From Macrostomum lignano (lineage: Eukaryota): a stretch of 64,000 nt of DNA. Numbering within the stretch: the first letter of the stretch is position 1; every line of letters starts with the position of its first letter. Below are positions 38,205 to 56,900 of the stretch, one piece after another. The DNA is taken from NCBI GenBank assembly GCA_002269645.1, contig NIVC01002132.1, forward strand, positions 1 to 64,000, given 5' to 3'. A model generated the notes under the pieces. The model saw only the letters and a list, made by a program, of their open reading frames with translations. It searched no databases and was not told where the DNA came from. The translations under genes and the position numbers were made by a program.

Positions 38205-39855
38205 TCAGCTGAGTCGGGATCACAGCAGACAGGAATCTGGAGAGAGTCGGGATCACAGCAGACAGGAATTTGGAGAGTCGGGATCACAGCAGACAGGAAT
38301 TTGGAGAGTCGGGATCACAGCAGACAGGAATCTAGAGAGAGTCGAGATCACTGCAGACAGGAATCTAGAGAGAGTCGGGATCACAGCAGACAGGAATCTG
38401 GAGAGAGTCGGGATCACAGCAGACAGGAATCTGGATAGAGTCAGGATCACTGCAGACAGGAATCTGGATAGAGTCAGGATCACTGCAGACAGGAATCTGG
38501 AGAGAGTCGGGATCACTGCAGACAGGAATCTGGAGAGAGTCGGGATCACAGCAGACAGGAATCTGGAGAGAGTCGGGATCACAGCAGACAGGAATCTGGA
38601 TAGAGTCAGGATCACAGCAGACAGGAATCTGGATAGAGCCAGGATCACTGCAGACAGGAATCTGGAGAGAGTCAGGATCACAGCAGACAGGAATCTGGAT
38701 AGAGCCAGGATCACTGCAGACAGGAATCTGGAGAGAGTCGGGATCACTGCAGACAGGAATCTGGATAGAGCCTGGATCACTGCAGACAGGAATCTGGATA
38801 GAGTCAGGATCACTGCAGACAGGAATCTGGAGAGAGTCGGGATCACTGCAGACAGGAATCTGGAGAGAGTCAGGATCACTGCAGACAGGAATCTGGAGAG
38901 AGTCGGGATCACTGCAGACAGGAATCTGGAGAGAGTCGGGATCACAGCAGACAGGAATCTGGATAAAGTCGGGATCACTGCAGACAGGAATCTGGAGAGA
39001 GTCAGGATCACTGCAGACAGGAATCTGGATAGAGCCTGGATCACTGCAGACAGGAATCTGGATAGAGTCAGGATCACTGCAGACAGGAATCTGGATAGAG
39101 TCAGGATCACTGCAGACAGGAATCTGGATAGAGCCAGGATCACTGCAGACAGGAATCTGGAGAGAGTCGGGATCACTGCAGACAGGAATCTGGAGAGAGT
39201 CGGGATCACAGCAGACAGGAATCTGGATAAAGTCGGGATCACTGCAGACAGGAATCTGGAGAGAGTCAGGATCACTGCAGACAGGAATCTGGAGAGAGTC
39301 AGGATCACTGCAGACAGGAATCTGGATAGAGTCTGGATCACTGCAGACAGGAATCTGGATAGAGCCAGGATCACTGCAGACAGGAATCTGGAGAGAGTCG
39401 GGATCACTGCAGACAGGAATCTGGATAGAGCCTGGATCACTGCAGACAGGAATCTAGAGAGAGTCGGGATCACAGCAGACATGAATCTGGAGAGAGTCGG
39501 GATCACAGCAGACAGGAATCTGGAGAGAGTCGGGATCACAGCAGACAGGAATCTGGAGAGAGTCGGGATCACAGCAGACAGGAATCTGGAGAGAGTCGGG
39601 ATCACAGCAGACATGAATCTGGAGAGAGTCGGGATCACAGCAGACAGGAATCTGGAGAGAGTCGGGATCACAGCAGACAGGAATCTGGAGAGAGTCGGGA
39701 TCACAGCAGACAGGAATCTGGAGAGAGTCGGGATCACAGCAGACAGGAATCTGGAGAGAGTCGGGATCACAGCAGACATGAATCTGGAGAGAGTCGGGAT
39801 CACAGCAGACAGGAATCTGGAGAGAGTCGGGATCACAGCAGACAGGAATCTGGAA
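38205..39855. repeat. 33-bp minisatellite GAGAGAGTCGGGATCACAGCAGACAGGAATCTG
   Basis: About 50 copies. The 554-aa ORF is its translation. Confidence 0.97.
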
Positions 39856-40419
39856 TGAAAAAATTCTGCCTTTGCTTTTGGAAGAGCATCAATTTTGCTG
39901 GAAGAACAACAAAACAATGTGGGATTTATTTATAGCTGAGCACTTCTCAGGCGCACGGCTCTCGCATAAGCCTGAAAACCCGAGCTGCTGAGCGGAGATC
40001 GATACTGTTCCCAACAATCTGCGATTTTCAGCCTGGCGCAGGAACTAGCCGCGATGAAGCAAGGAGGAGGCTGCAAAGAGTCTGTGAGAGCCGCGGCAGC
40101 TGGCGGCTGGGATGCCAAAATAATTCCATAAGCGCGGAAAGTTAGATATGCGAGAGATATTCGGAGATGAAGGTGCACAGTTTTGAGCTGAGAATGAACC
40201 GATCCCCTCGGCTAAGGGAGTGGCTGGCAGCCAACTAAATTAACATTCTTGTTAATACTTGGCCCGTATGGAAATTAAATATATCTGAAGTCTGAATCAG
40301 TGGTCACTGCTGTGGCTGTAACTTTCGTTTAAATTACCCGATGTCCTTTCCCGTTTCTTCGTCACAATGTTCTCGAATCCCCTATTTCCCAAGTTTTCAG
40401 CTTTCAAAGTTCTCAGTTC

Positions 40420-41220
40420 TTAAATTCCCAATCTCCCAATCTCCCAATCTCCCGATTCTCAATCTCCCAATTCCTAATTCCCAATCTCAATCTCCTATCT
40501 CCCGATTGCCAATCGCCAATCTCCCGATTGCGAATCTCCCAACCTCCCAATTCCCAATCTCCCAATTCCCAATCTCCCAATTCCCAATCTCCCAATTCCC
40601 AATCTCCCAAATCCCAATCTCCCAAATCCCAATCTCCCAATTCCCAATCTCCCAATTCCCAATCTCCCAATTCCCAACCTCCCAATTCCCAATGTCCCAA
40701 TTCTCAACCTCCCAATTCCCAATCTCCCAATTCCCAATCTCCGAATTCCCAATCTCCCAATTCCCAATCTCCCAATTCCCAATCTCCCAATTCTCAATCT
40801 CCCAATTCCCAATCTCCCAATCTCCCAATCCTCAATCTCCAGTCTCCCAATTCCCAATCTCCCAATCTCCCATTCTCCTAATCTCCCATTCTCCCAATCT
40901 GCCAATTCCCGATCTCCCAATTCCCAACCTCCCTGTTCCCAATTCCCAATCTACCAGTTCCCAATTCCCAATTTCTCAGTTCCCAATTCCCAATCTCCCA
41001 ATCTCTCAATTTCCAATCTCCCAAACACCAATCTCCCAATTCCCAATCTCCCAATTCCCAATCTCCCAATCACCAATCTCCCAATCACCAATCTCCCAAT
41101 TCCCAATCTCCCAATTCCCAATCTCTCAATTCCCAATCTCCCAATCACCAATCTCCCAATCACCAATCTCCCAATCACCAATCTCCCAATCTCCCAATTC
41201 CCGATCTCCCAATTCCCAAT
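40420..41220. repeat. (TCCCAA[T]/TCTCCCAA)n 7/8-bp satellite, G-rich on the - strand
   Basis: Direct reading. Confidence 0.95.
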
Positions 41221-41892
41221 CAGCAACTGTAATAAACTACGACAGCTTCATTCGCGGAAACAGCTCACTCTGATGAAAGGCAAATGTCTGGCGCATAAGT
41301 TTGCTATATTATAAATATCTGTCTAATTAAGAATTCGCACACATTTTCTGCTTTACAGTTCACCTCTTTCCACTTTCAACAGAAACTAGTCCAAAAATAT
41401 AGTTAAAAGATGGACGGAAAAGTTTTTGTCCGAAATTTCGGACACAGACAGCCCTGGATAAAAATGCATATTTTAAAGCACGTTGGCTCTGCCAGACTGC
41501 ATTGTAAAAAGTAACAACTGTGGAACCAAGGCGTCAGGAGCGCTGCACTTGCTGGCGGGAAATTACGGAAGCCCTGTACAAAATGCTGGGCGCTGCGCAC
41601 CGGAGCTTGAAACGATCGCTTGAGACCCCCCCCCCCGGGTGAGGGCTCGCGATCCCATTGAGAAGGAGACGAAAAATTGAGCAGAAATTATTGACGATTT
41701 TGGTAAGCTCATGAAAGTCGTAAAAACGATTACTATTTCTCTTATTGGTTATACATTTAGCTCTAACAGACTGGCTTCTCGCTGCAACCCTTGACCATGA
41801 CGGTATTGCAGTCTTTCTTGGGGAATTGCGGTTTTCGGGTATTAGGGATCTCAGAGATTGTGATATTGTAGATAAAACGATCTATATTGTGT

Positions 41893-41894
<2 letters not shown>

Positions 41895-41970
<76 letters not shown>

Positions 41971-41971
41971 G

Positions 41972-42005
<34 letters not shown>
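41895..42005. repeat. (GATA)n microsatellite
   Basis: Direct reading. Confidence 0.97.
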
Positions 42006-42006
<1 letters not shown>

Positions 42007-42291
42007 CGTAAAGATCGTGAAAGACTCAATAGGCTTACTTGCCTGAAAATACCGTCTAAAGCGCAGATTCTATTTTTAGCAACAGTGAGCCATTTAGTTG
42101 TGGAATCTATTTTTAGCACAGTGTGTTAAGTCTTATGTGGGGCTGTGAGCTGGAGATGCCGTGTTGGCAGTGCCAGCGTGGCCCAATGCCAATTATTTAA
42201 AGAATAAGCTCCCAGGCAGAAAGCAGCCTTCACCTGCAGTCAACTGCCACCACATTCCTGGAAAGAATTACAAATTCTACATATCATATCC

Positions 42292-44100
42292 ATGGAAACC
42301 GCAGCGCTGTCCCAAATCGAGCAGTTACCAGACGAGCTTCTGCTGCGCGTATTCGACAGTCTGGACGCCGACGGCGTCCGCGCGTGCGCCTGCGTTTCAA
42401 CCCGGCTGGCTGGGGTGGCCGCCGACGAGCCGCTTTGGCGCCGGTTGCTGGCGCGGGAGACCTGGCGCTGGGCGCGGCTCTCGCATAAAAGCTGCCCGCC
42501 GGGCCTGTTCAGCAGCGGAGCTGCAGACTCGAGTAGCCACAGTCGCAGCGTCTATCTGGCTTGCCGCCCAGTGCCCGCTGTGCGCAGCGGCTGGTGAGTT
42601 CATTTGCTCTGCCCCATCTGCAGCAGCTCTGGCGCCTCATCAAAAGTAGCTTTGGCGCTCCATCTACAGTAGGTTTGGCGCCCCATCTACGGCAGCTTTG
42701 GCGCCCCATCTACAGTAGCTTTGGCGCCCCATCTACAGCAGCATTCATGGCGCCCCTTTCACAAAATGCGACCCATCTCAACTCTCTCAGGTCGGAGGCC
42801 TGGCGCGCGGTGCTGCGAACGGCGCGCCAGCTCACAGACCGGGGCGCGGCGCCGGCGCGAGTCGGGCTGACCGGTCCGGGCATCGAGCGCAGCGGCACAG
42901 GCAGTCAGCTTTACTGCCAGGTGCAACGAATTATGCTGCAACCGAAGCCGGACCGGCCGGCCACCTCTGGACTGCAGGGCATCGGCTCCGGCCTCGCCTG
43001 CCGCCTGCCAGACAGCGGCCGCTGTCTCCAGCTGGTTGCTATGCACTCCGAGCGGCGCGATGTGCGCGAACGTTGGAAGAGCGAGTCGGACAGGGTCAGA
43101 GCCAGCCGCCTGCTCACTCGGCTACTCGTAGAGGGACAGCGGGAGAGCTATGAGGTGAGTTGGTGTCAAGTTTAGCGATAGTTACATTTAACCAATTGCT
43201 TGTTTGTTGCCAAGATAAAATCCAAATGCCAGAGACAGGACGCCATGGATTTTATGGTTGGGGACAAAGCCAAGAGTTCTACATGTACGCTCGTACATTA
43301 TCTTGAGAATTGGTGTCGTTAGCAATTATCTTGGCGCCGCAGGCAGGCGCTTATTTTGGCGCCAATTAAAGACGCTAAATTTTGGCGCCCTGAAGCATAA
43401 CTATATTGATTTCCACGAGTCACAAAAGGTGGGGTGTGGGGGGACAAAGCATTGGCATGTCCCCCAATAGTTATAACTGGGGGGAGGACATGATGCCCCC
43501 CTTTCCTCCTCCCGGTGATGACGCATAAAAAATGCGAAAAGATATACTGCCGAGATTAGAAACATTTTAATTTTTCGGCACAAAAAATAAGGTTTCTTGA
43601 ATTAAAAGCAGATCAAATGTGTTAATCTTTTAGGTCACTATAAATATCAATTGATAGGCTTTTGAAATAATGAATGACAGATATACGTTCTTATACAATA
43701 AACTATGTTTCTAAGAAAGCCTAGACACTGACTGATTCCGCCTCACAACCCGGCCATAAAACTTTGCCAGGCGATCCCGGCTGTCTCCAGGCTGCAGCTC
43801 CAGGGCCTGGTTTACGTGGTCGACGCGGGCGCCCCGGCCTCCGAGGTGTCCGCCTGTCAGCCCGAGCTAGACGCTTTTGTCCGGGCGATGCCGGCCGGCC
43901 GGCCAGTCCTGGTACTGACGGTGTCCGGCGGCCAGCAGCCTCAGCTGCCTTGTCGCCAGGTGGTCGACTGCCTGCGACTGGCTGACAGCACCGGGTCGAT
44001 GGCGGGGCGGCCGTGGCTGGCCCAGAGCTGCAGGGCGGACCAGCTGGACAGCCTGTTGACAGACTGTCTGGACTGGCTGATGGACGCGGTGGCAGCTTAG
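42292..44100 (+). CDS. FBXO4: F-box protein with C-terminal GTPase-like fold, FBXO4-like. Exons 42292-42593, 42791-43154, 43771-44100 (~331 aa)
   Basis: N-terminal F-box LPDELLLRVFDSLD..LWR. Phase-consistent GT-AG introns. Downstream motifs GLTGPGIE, QGIGSG, GLVYVVDA, GRPVLVL, LPC, RPWLAQ and LDWL parallel FBXO4 as recalled (MFGPGLE, DGIGSG, GFIYVANA, GRPLLVL, MPC, HPWLVQ, IEWI). Confidence 0.82.
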
Positions 44101-44734
44101 TTGATTATTTTGTTTCAAATAACCCAGCAGGATGAATGAATAGAATTGCTTGGGGACAGGCAGCTCAGAGTTAAACGCGTCTGACTCTTGTGATTCAAAC
44201 CTACACGAGGGCCAACCGCCAAGGCAGGAGTGTACATGTCTGATTGACGGGATTAGAAACTCAGCTGCTGTACACCCTGAGCGCGAGTGCTTGCAGTATT
44301 AGCTCGTACACCATCAGTTATAGCCATAGACAGACATAAAGTCGGTCAAGAACTTTAGATGTAATTTTTAGAGCTATTACCAGGTGATTTAATTTCTGTC
44401 TATGGCAGAGACTATGACTTACGCTACTTACTATGAGTACTGTATATCGTACAGTGTTACACGCAAATTCCAATTACATGTTACTTGTTCATTGCGCATT
44501 TTTCGACTTGTAAAAAAAGTTTGTTGCCTAAACGACTTTTTAAAACTTATTTTATACTATTCAATAAATAAATCATATTCACCTACACGCAGCATCATAA
44601 GCTACTGTGAATTGTGGTTAACTTCTTCAGTAGACAATCATTCTACAATATAGCAGCAGTGTAGATAGGTGATACATTACAGATGCGCTCGGCTGAAGCA
44701 TTTGGCAGGACACAGCAGTAAGAAAAGCCGCAGA

Positions 44735-45118
44735 GATGGGAAATGGCACTCAGAAAGGTAAGTTGCGGAAATGGCACTCAGAAAGGTAAGTTGCGGAAAT
44801 GGCACTAAGGGAAGTTGCGGAAATGGCACTAAGGGAAGTTGCCGAAATGGCACTAAGGGAAGTTGCCGAAATGGCACTAAGGGAAGTTGCGGAAATGGCA
44901 CTAAGGGAAGTTGCGGAAATGGCACTAAGGGAAGCTGCCGAAATGGCACTAAAGGAAGTATGCGGAAATGGCACTAAGGGAAGTTGCGGAAATGGCACTA
45001 AGGGAAGTTGCGGAAATGGCACTAAGGGAAGCTGCCGAAATGGCACTAAAGGAAGTATGCGGAAATGGCACTAAGGGAAGTTGCGGAAATGGCACTAAGG
45101 GAAGTTGCGGAAATGGCA
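44735..45118. repeat. ~24-bp minisatellite GTTGCGGAAATGGCACTAAGGGAA
   Basis: Direct reading. Confidence 0.95.
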
Positions 45119-45383
45119 TTATTATGAAAAATTTCATATATATTATGAAAAATTGAAGAAAACCAGACCCAGCCACGGTTCCAGGCGCGCCACTCAAAGC
45201 GCTATTGGGCTCAAAGCCATGCTCCAAAATCGATCTCTTCACCAACGCACAGCGAGTATAATTAGCAAACGTCAGCAGTCATTACAGACAATAACTGTGC
45301 AGCAGACGGGTCAAGTCAGACAAAATCCGAATTGGGATAGAAATGAATAAAGCAAATCCAGTGGCAGAGGACAGCACTGGCCC

Positions 45384-45713
45384 TCAGTCGAACAGACCAA
45401 AGCCCATGTCGTCTTCTTCAGACTCGGACTCTTCCTTCTTCTCCTCTTTCTTTTCCTCCTTGGCTGCCGGGGGAGCGGCGGCGGCCGGAGCTGCAGCTGC
45501 AGCGGCGCCACCGCCGGAGGGCACGCTGGCCAGCTTCTTCTGGCCAGCCTCGATTACCTCATCAATAGATTTGCCCTTCATCTCGTTGATGAGTTTAGTC
45601 ACTCGCTCCTCGTCGCAATCGATGCCAACTGAGCCAAGGATCTTCTTGATGGTGTCCTTGGTGGGCTCCTGGCCGCCCATGGAGGCCAGCAGGTAGGCAG
45701 CAACGTAGCGCAT
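45384..45713 (-). CDS. RPLP2: 60S acidic ribosomal protein P2 (109 aa, no coding introns)
   Basis: [11 protein letters not shown]-terminus, [16 protein letters not shown], Ala-rich hinge and the C-terminal [16 protein letters not shown]. Confidence 0.96.
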   Translation of the reverse strand: MRYVAAYLLASMGGQEPTKDTIKKILGSVGIDCDEERVTKLINEMKGKSIDEVIEAGQKKLASVPSGGGAAAAAAPAAAAPPAAKEEKKEEKKEESESEEDDMGFGLFD

Positions 45714-47704
45714 TGTGATATTTGATTGCCTGGCGTCTGCTTTGTGGGTAGATGGAAGAAGACGGGTTGCCCCTGTAGCTGGAATGTGGGGAGAATTTAT
45801 TTAATTATTATGGCTTAAATACAACGGAAGAGTTTGAGAATCATCTAGGGGAGGTCAATGGAGGTCTACTGCCTTCTCTAGTGAAAATGGAGAATAGAAT
45901 ATGTCATGAAGAGAAAAAAATTACCTAAATTATGACACTAAAATGGAGTCATAGTCGACAGTTGAACTGGTAGCATTGTTTGTAAAATTAGAAGGGCCTA
46001 CAACTAAATTCAGAGCTTTGTCTATTGATCAAAATAGTTACAGTTAAGATTGTAGCAGATAGAGGAATAACAATGTCAAATGATACCAAATAGAAAACAT
46101 TTGGGTACAGAGATTAGATTAAGACAATGTATTGTAAAAAAAAACTTAAATAAATCTAGGTTTTATTATAGAAATGGAATATTACACTTCTAAGAGAGTA
46201 TAATTAGGTTATATAAAAGTTAGATAGAAATGAAGATGCCTAATAACTTGAAAAATCTTGAATTTATATCAGAAATTGGTTTTTTAACAAAAAGAAGTTC
46301 TTTTCTTTTGACAGTCTATTCTATTTAGGCTAGGCCTATTATAGCCAATGACCATTATCATAGATAGCATCTAGTATAGATAAGCCCTTGCAGTATAAGC
46401 ATAATCTTGAAGTGATACATTTTGGCTCTAGAAGTTCTAGTTTGGGTATACTTTGGGTCAATGGGTGCACTCTGACTAGCAAGGGCTGAGAATTCAGCCA
46501 CGGCCTCAGCCAGTGAGGAATAGTTGTGTGCCACCTAATACCCATATTGCAGAAGGTTTTCTATGTATGCCGGACACATTTTCATTGAATTTTCAATTGT
46601 ATGCCAACAAATTTTAAATGTATGCCAACTTTCTTACTGTGCGCCAACAAAAACAAAAACAGAAATTAAACATAAACAGAAGTCAGAATCAGAACAGTAT
46701 ATTATAATTATAAACAGTTTAATGGTAAAAAAATTGACAAATATTTAAATTTAAATTTAAATTACAAAAAATTGATAATGACATGACAATTGTTGTGATG
46801 ATCATGGAAAATGCACAAAAAATTCTTTATATTAATTTGTACACCAGTCGTATATGCCACACTGTATACCACAAGGTGGCCACACTGTACACAGCCAAGA
46901 AATGTATACCAATGTATGTCATAGAACTCAAGTATATGCCGGAAAATTCTGGCATACACCCCTCCTTCCACAATATGGCCTAATACTATTGGGACTCAAA
47001 AAGTATTGTAAAAACCATGTTAACTAAGTAAGAAGCCTGTTTCCTTTGCCCTTTCTTTGCCTTTGCTCTTACCCTAGCTAAACTTTGACTCAAATAGATT
47101 ATAGACAAAGCTAATAGAATTACTTAAATTTGGCAAGTTGATTCATTAAACTTCAAAGGATAACCAAACTGAAATGTTTAATATTTATAGGTTTCCTTAT
47201 AAACATTTATTTCTACCAACAGTTTAGAAAGACAATGAACTATAGACTTGATAGTATTTTCTCTATATGATCTCTAGAGTCACATTCTCAAACTTCTGGC
47301 AAGGATTGTTTATCTCTAATCAGTATATTTTATAAGCTAAGACATTGTATGCAAATAAAGAAGAATAAGTATAGTAGGAGATGGGAAAAAAGTAGGATTT
47401 AGAAGCTCAATAGGCAGTATTAGCCAGAGGTAATTCATACATCATGCAAGGGTTGCATGGCTAGGCTTCCCACATACTAATCATTTAGGTTTTTTAGCCT
47501 TGCATGTTTTCTACACCTAGGGAGTTGTTGCCAAGGCTGGTTGCTTATTCATATATTATGCATATTTTGGCTGATTTCTTTCACCTTCTTGCTAATGGCA
47601 CTTTTGCTTTCTATCTATCCTTCATTTTAGTCTATTGCAAGAAAGAGATACCTTATATGTTTAGATCTTATTAAGTGCCATAGTCAAGAAGAAGACATGT
47701 ATAT

Positions 47705-48090
47705 TAGAGGTCGGATGGGATCCCGATCCCGAAATCTCGGGATCCCGAGGAAAATTGAATTCCCGCGGGACCAGAATCCCGACCCTAAAAAACTCGAGAT
47801 TCGGGAACAGGTCTTTCGATTAATAATTTGTAGAATTAGTGATTACTTGAAAGTATTTTGCTTTAATTTGTACTTGTTACATTATTTACTTTGTTGGTTT
47901 CAAAACTTTATATCAATTTCATTGTGTTTTACTTTTTGATCTTGACAATCTTTTCTCAATTTTGTTTAACTTTACATGGACAATACACTAAAAGACCTGA
48001 TCCCGATTCCCGATCCCGATCCTGATCCCAAGAAAAAAATTATTCCCGATCCCGATCCCGCCCGAAGATTTCAATCCCGTCCGACCTCTA
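47705..48090. mobile_element. hAT-type MITE, 386 bp, with ~17-bp TIRs TAGAGGTCGGA(T/C)GGGAT and an 8-bp TSD
   Basis: The left end TAGAGGTCGGATGGGAT and the right end ATCCCGTCCGACCTCTA are inverted. The flanks ATGTATAT (47697-47704) and ATGTATAC (48091-48098) match at 7/8. ATCCCG subterminal repeats are present. Confidence 0.85.
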
Positions 48091-50163
48091 ATGTATACAA
48101 TTTGCTAGAATTTTGTATGATACATTTAAGAAATTTGGTGTATCTTTTAGCATACAAAAAGTAATTTTGGACTTCTGGTAAGCCTATATATACATTTAAT
48201 ATTTTAGTATGTTATATACATTGAAATTAAAAAATATATTATCAATCATAGGGGCCTAGTTACAATAGGTTATAAGTAAAAATGCAAAAATAATTGTAAA
48301 ATTTGATAACTTTAAATGCAAAACTGACTTATATTTTTATGATATATAACTTTATAAGGTAAAGAATTAAATGTTTTACAAAATGCACAAATTTTACGTT
48401 GTTATTTATAGATAAATGAAGCATTATAAAAATATTGAAATAATAAATATAACTAGGCCTATTATTTTTAGTTTTTAACTTTATCCAATTGAAATTATAT
48501 CAAAATCATTATTTAAATATTAACATTTCAAAACTGACTATTTAGAAATTAGAGCTTTGCCTTTGTGTAAGATAATGTAGGCTACCATATATAGTGTACT
48601 TTGGCAGTTTGGTAATAGGCATACACAAAAAGATTAGTCATTTTTCAAATTCAGGGTATATAATATAGTTTTCTGAACTATGGCATGGGGCTTTGGATAC
48701 AATAGGGTCAGTCTAGTTATATCATTATATGCAAAAAACACTTCCTATCAGTATTATATGCCTGTTATGCTAGATCTAGAACTCTAAAAGTCTAAATAAT
48801 TTTGTAATAAAACATTTCTTATGTTCATTATTAGTATTAAGCAAGTTAACTTAGCATGATGGACTTGGTATGCTGAACACCAGACACCACTTAATTGTGT
48901 CTGGTGTTCACACTTACACAAAGCCAAGAGCTAATATCACATTGTTGCACAGAAAGTAAGCCTACTTCACGTACTCAGCCATACTGTAAACCAACACCTA
49001 AAAATTGCGCGACTGCATCGAGGGAAAACATTGCATAGGTCTAGATTTAAATTTAGCGCATTTTATCAAAATACTATTGCAGTCTATTAGTATTTTATGA
49101 AAAAAAGTGTAAAGGCTCAGTTTGCTAAAATAATTAGAAGCAAGTTATTGTTAGAACAAACTACAATAATAAATATATGAATGGCAAATGCTAAGCCGTT
49201 AATAGGAAGCGTTTCTAAATATCATTGAACAATTGGTGAAGTAACTGCCCGACGCAGCATTTCTACGTTATCTGTTATAACGTAGTAGCCCTGTAGTTTT
49301 TTTAAACGAAAATAAATTCTCTGCCTTTTATTCTTTTCGTCTAAGATTTAGCTCATTAAATTTTTGCAGTTTATGACACATGAAAAGCTATAAGCGCTAA
49401 AAACTGTTTCCTTCAACTATATTATATTTTATCTGTATCGGTATCAGGCGTCGTTATTAGAGGTGCCACTTTTAGCGCCATATAGTCTATTTGCGGCGCA
49501 AAAAAATTCTAGCGTCAAGACTGGCGTCCAACTGCTGGAAACAAGTCATTATTGTGCAACTATGTCAGATACATGTACATGTAAACGCACTAGCTCTGTA
49601 CCAATTGCTCAGAGACTCATAAATACTCCTAAGAGTCCTTGCTCAGAGACTCATAAATACTCCTTGCTAAGAGTCGTCCTTATGGTTGTTTACACGTGCA
49701 CACATTAGCACGGCTTTAGTTACTATGCAGCTTCAGGTCCCAGCTACTATACCTGTACATGTAGGATTTCTTTGCTGCACGTGGGAGCTAGACAGTCTCA
49801 GGGACACCTGCTAGTTCAATTGGTGATCAGAGATCGATTTTCACTTTCACTTTGGCCATATCCTTGAAGAGAAAACCTAGCTGTCCGACAAAATAAATCT
49901 GAGATCTCGTGGTCGCGTGGCAGCGATCCACTTCAGTCTGCGGCTAACATGAGATACTGTTTGACTGCGGGCACTGTGCTCACCGGCGCTCGTTGGTGAA
50001 GTGGAGAGGAAATCACTGCCAAGTTAAACTGCTCCGGGAGGGAGCTGGCTGGATCAAATTTCAGTCTAAGGGTTATTTGTGCGAGCTGAATCGAATATTT
50101 GAGCACAGTCGGAGGACTGCAGCAAAAATGCTCACTTCATTCATAGTATTTAGAATTGCTCAG

Positions 50164-50428
<265 letters not shown>

Positions 50429-50521
50429 CTTACTTACTTACTTACTACTGACGGGGGGCGCAGGCGCCGCGAATAGGCCGCGAGGCCCCTATCGCAACCC
50501 CAAGGTAAAAGAGCACAAGGA

Positions 50522-55607
<5,086 letters not shown>

Positions 55608-55811
55608 TTAGCCAGCAGCCAACTACTTAGCAGCCACCTGCCCCGCAAAAAAGCAGCAGGGGGGATCCGTCCCCCACCAGCAGACCAAGACGAGGAAGCT
55701 AGCCGCTTCCACGCCAGGCCAGAACGAAAAGGAGGGGGAAGAGCCTCCTCGAAAAACGAAAAGCTGGCGGATGTCACAGAGTCCCTCGGTTTAAGTTGCC
55801 GTTTGCCCCCC

Positions 55812-55889
<78 letters not shown>

Positions 55890-55906
55890 GTTAGTTAGTC
55901 AGTTAG
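55812..55906. repeat. (GTTA)n microsatellite, ~23 units, at the 5' flank of the retrotransposon
   Basis: Direct reading; degenerate at the distal end. Confidence 0.97.
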
Positions 55907-56449
55907 CCAGCAGGTCGCTCCAGCGGATCCAGTGAGTCAGTCAGATCAGGCAGAGGTGCTGGCGCCAGGTGGCCCACAGGCAAACTTTCACCCCCACCAA
56001 CTCGCTCAGGTCTCATTTGGAGAGGAACTCAATTCCGGGGGTTTGGGGATTAAGCCGCCCAGGCGGTTGAGCGCAAAATTTGCCAGCGGATTAACGGTGC
56101 CAAGGTGTTGCTGCGCGGCATCTGGGGCTGGTGCTTCGTCAGTGGAAAAAACGTTTCAAAAATTCCACTGATTTCCTTCTGATCCGCGCTAGTTTTCTTT
56201 GCTGCTAAATCCTTTTCGGAGTGGAACCGGTCTGGGGGGGGGAACTTCTTCGCTGCTTCAACTAGCAGCGGGTGTCACTCATCCAGCTGGTCGGAGAGGG
56301 AAGGCCACCTGATCCAAATCTGCACTGAGGAGTCGGTGCCGCTGAGCAGCCAGGCACTTCATTTTCGCCTCTGCCTCACTCGAATCTACAAGGCAATATT
56401 TTCATCTGACGCCACCTTTGCTCCTGTCCCTTCACTGCCCCCTCTGCCA

Positions 56450-56900
56450 CCGCTGTCTCCGCTGTCTCCGCTGTCTCCGCTGTCTCCGCTTCCATTTCCG
56501 CTGTCTCCGCTGTCTCCGCTTCCATTTCCGCTGTCTCCGCTGTCTCCGCTTCCATTTCCGCTGTCTCCGCTGTCTCCACTTCCATTTCCGCTGTCTCCAC
56601 TTCCATTTCCGCTGTCTCCGCTTCCATTTCCGCTGTCTCCGCTTCCATTTCCGCTGTCTCCGCTTCCATTTCCGCTGTCTCCGCTGTCTTCGCTGTCTCC
56701 GCTTCCATTTCCGCTGTCTCCGCTTCCATTTCCGCTGTCTCCGCTTCCATTTCCGCTGTCTCCGCTCCCGCCCCTCCACTGCCTCCGCTGTCTCCACTCC
56801 CGCCTCTCCGCTGCCCCCACTGTCTCCGCTCCCGCCTCTCCGCTGTCTCCGCTCCCGCCTCTCCGCTGTCTCCGCTCCCGCCTCTCCGCTGTCTCCTCTG
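56450..56900. repeat. Compound CCGCTGTCT / CCATTTCCGCTGTCTCCGCTT minisatellite
   Basis: Direct reading. Confidence 0.93.

Noticed and set aside
38253-39917. 554-aa SRFLSAVIPTL repeat ORF
   Set aside because: It is a 33-bp minisatellite (multiple of 3) and is open by chance.
43410-43530. GC-rich hairpin-like segment in FBXO4 intron 2 resembling a MITE end
   Set aside because: Only one end is recognisable, with no TIR pair.
44219-44293. Canonical hammerhead ribozyme in the dispersed repeat
   Set aside because: CUGANGA and GAAA are not both present with correct spacing in either copy. It is kept only as a structured-repeat finding.
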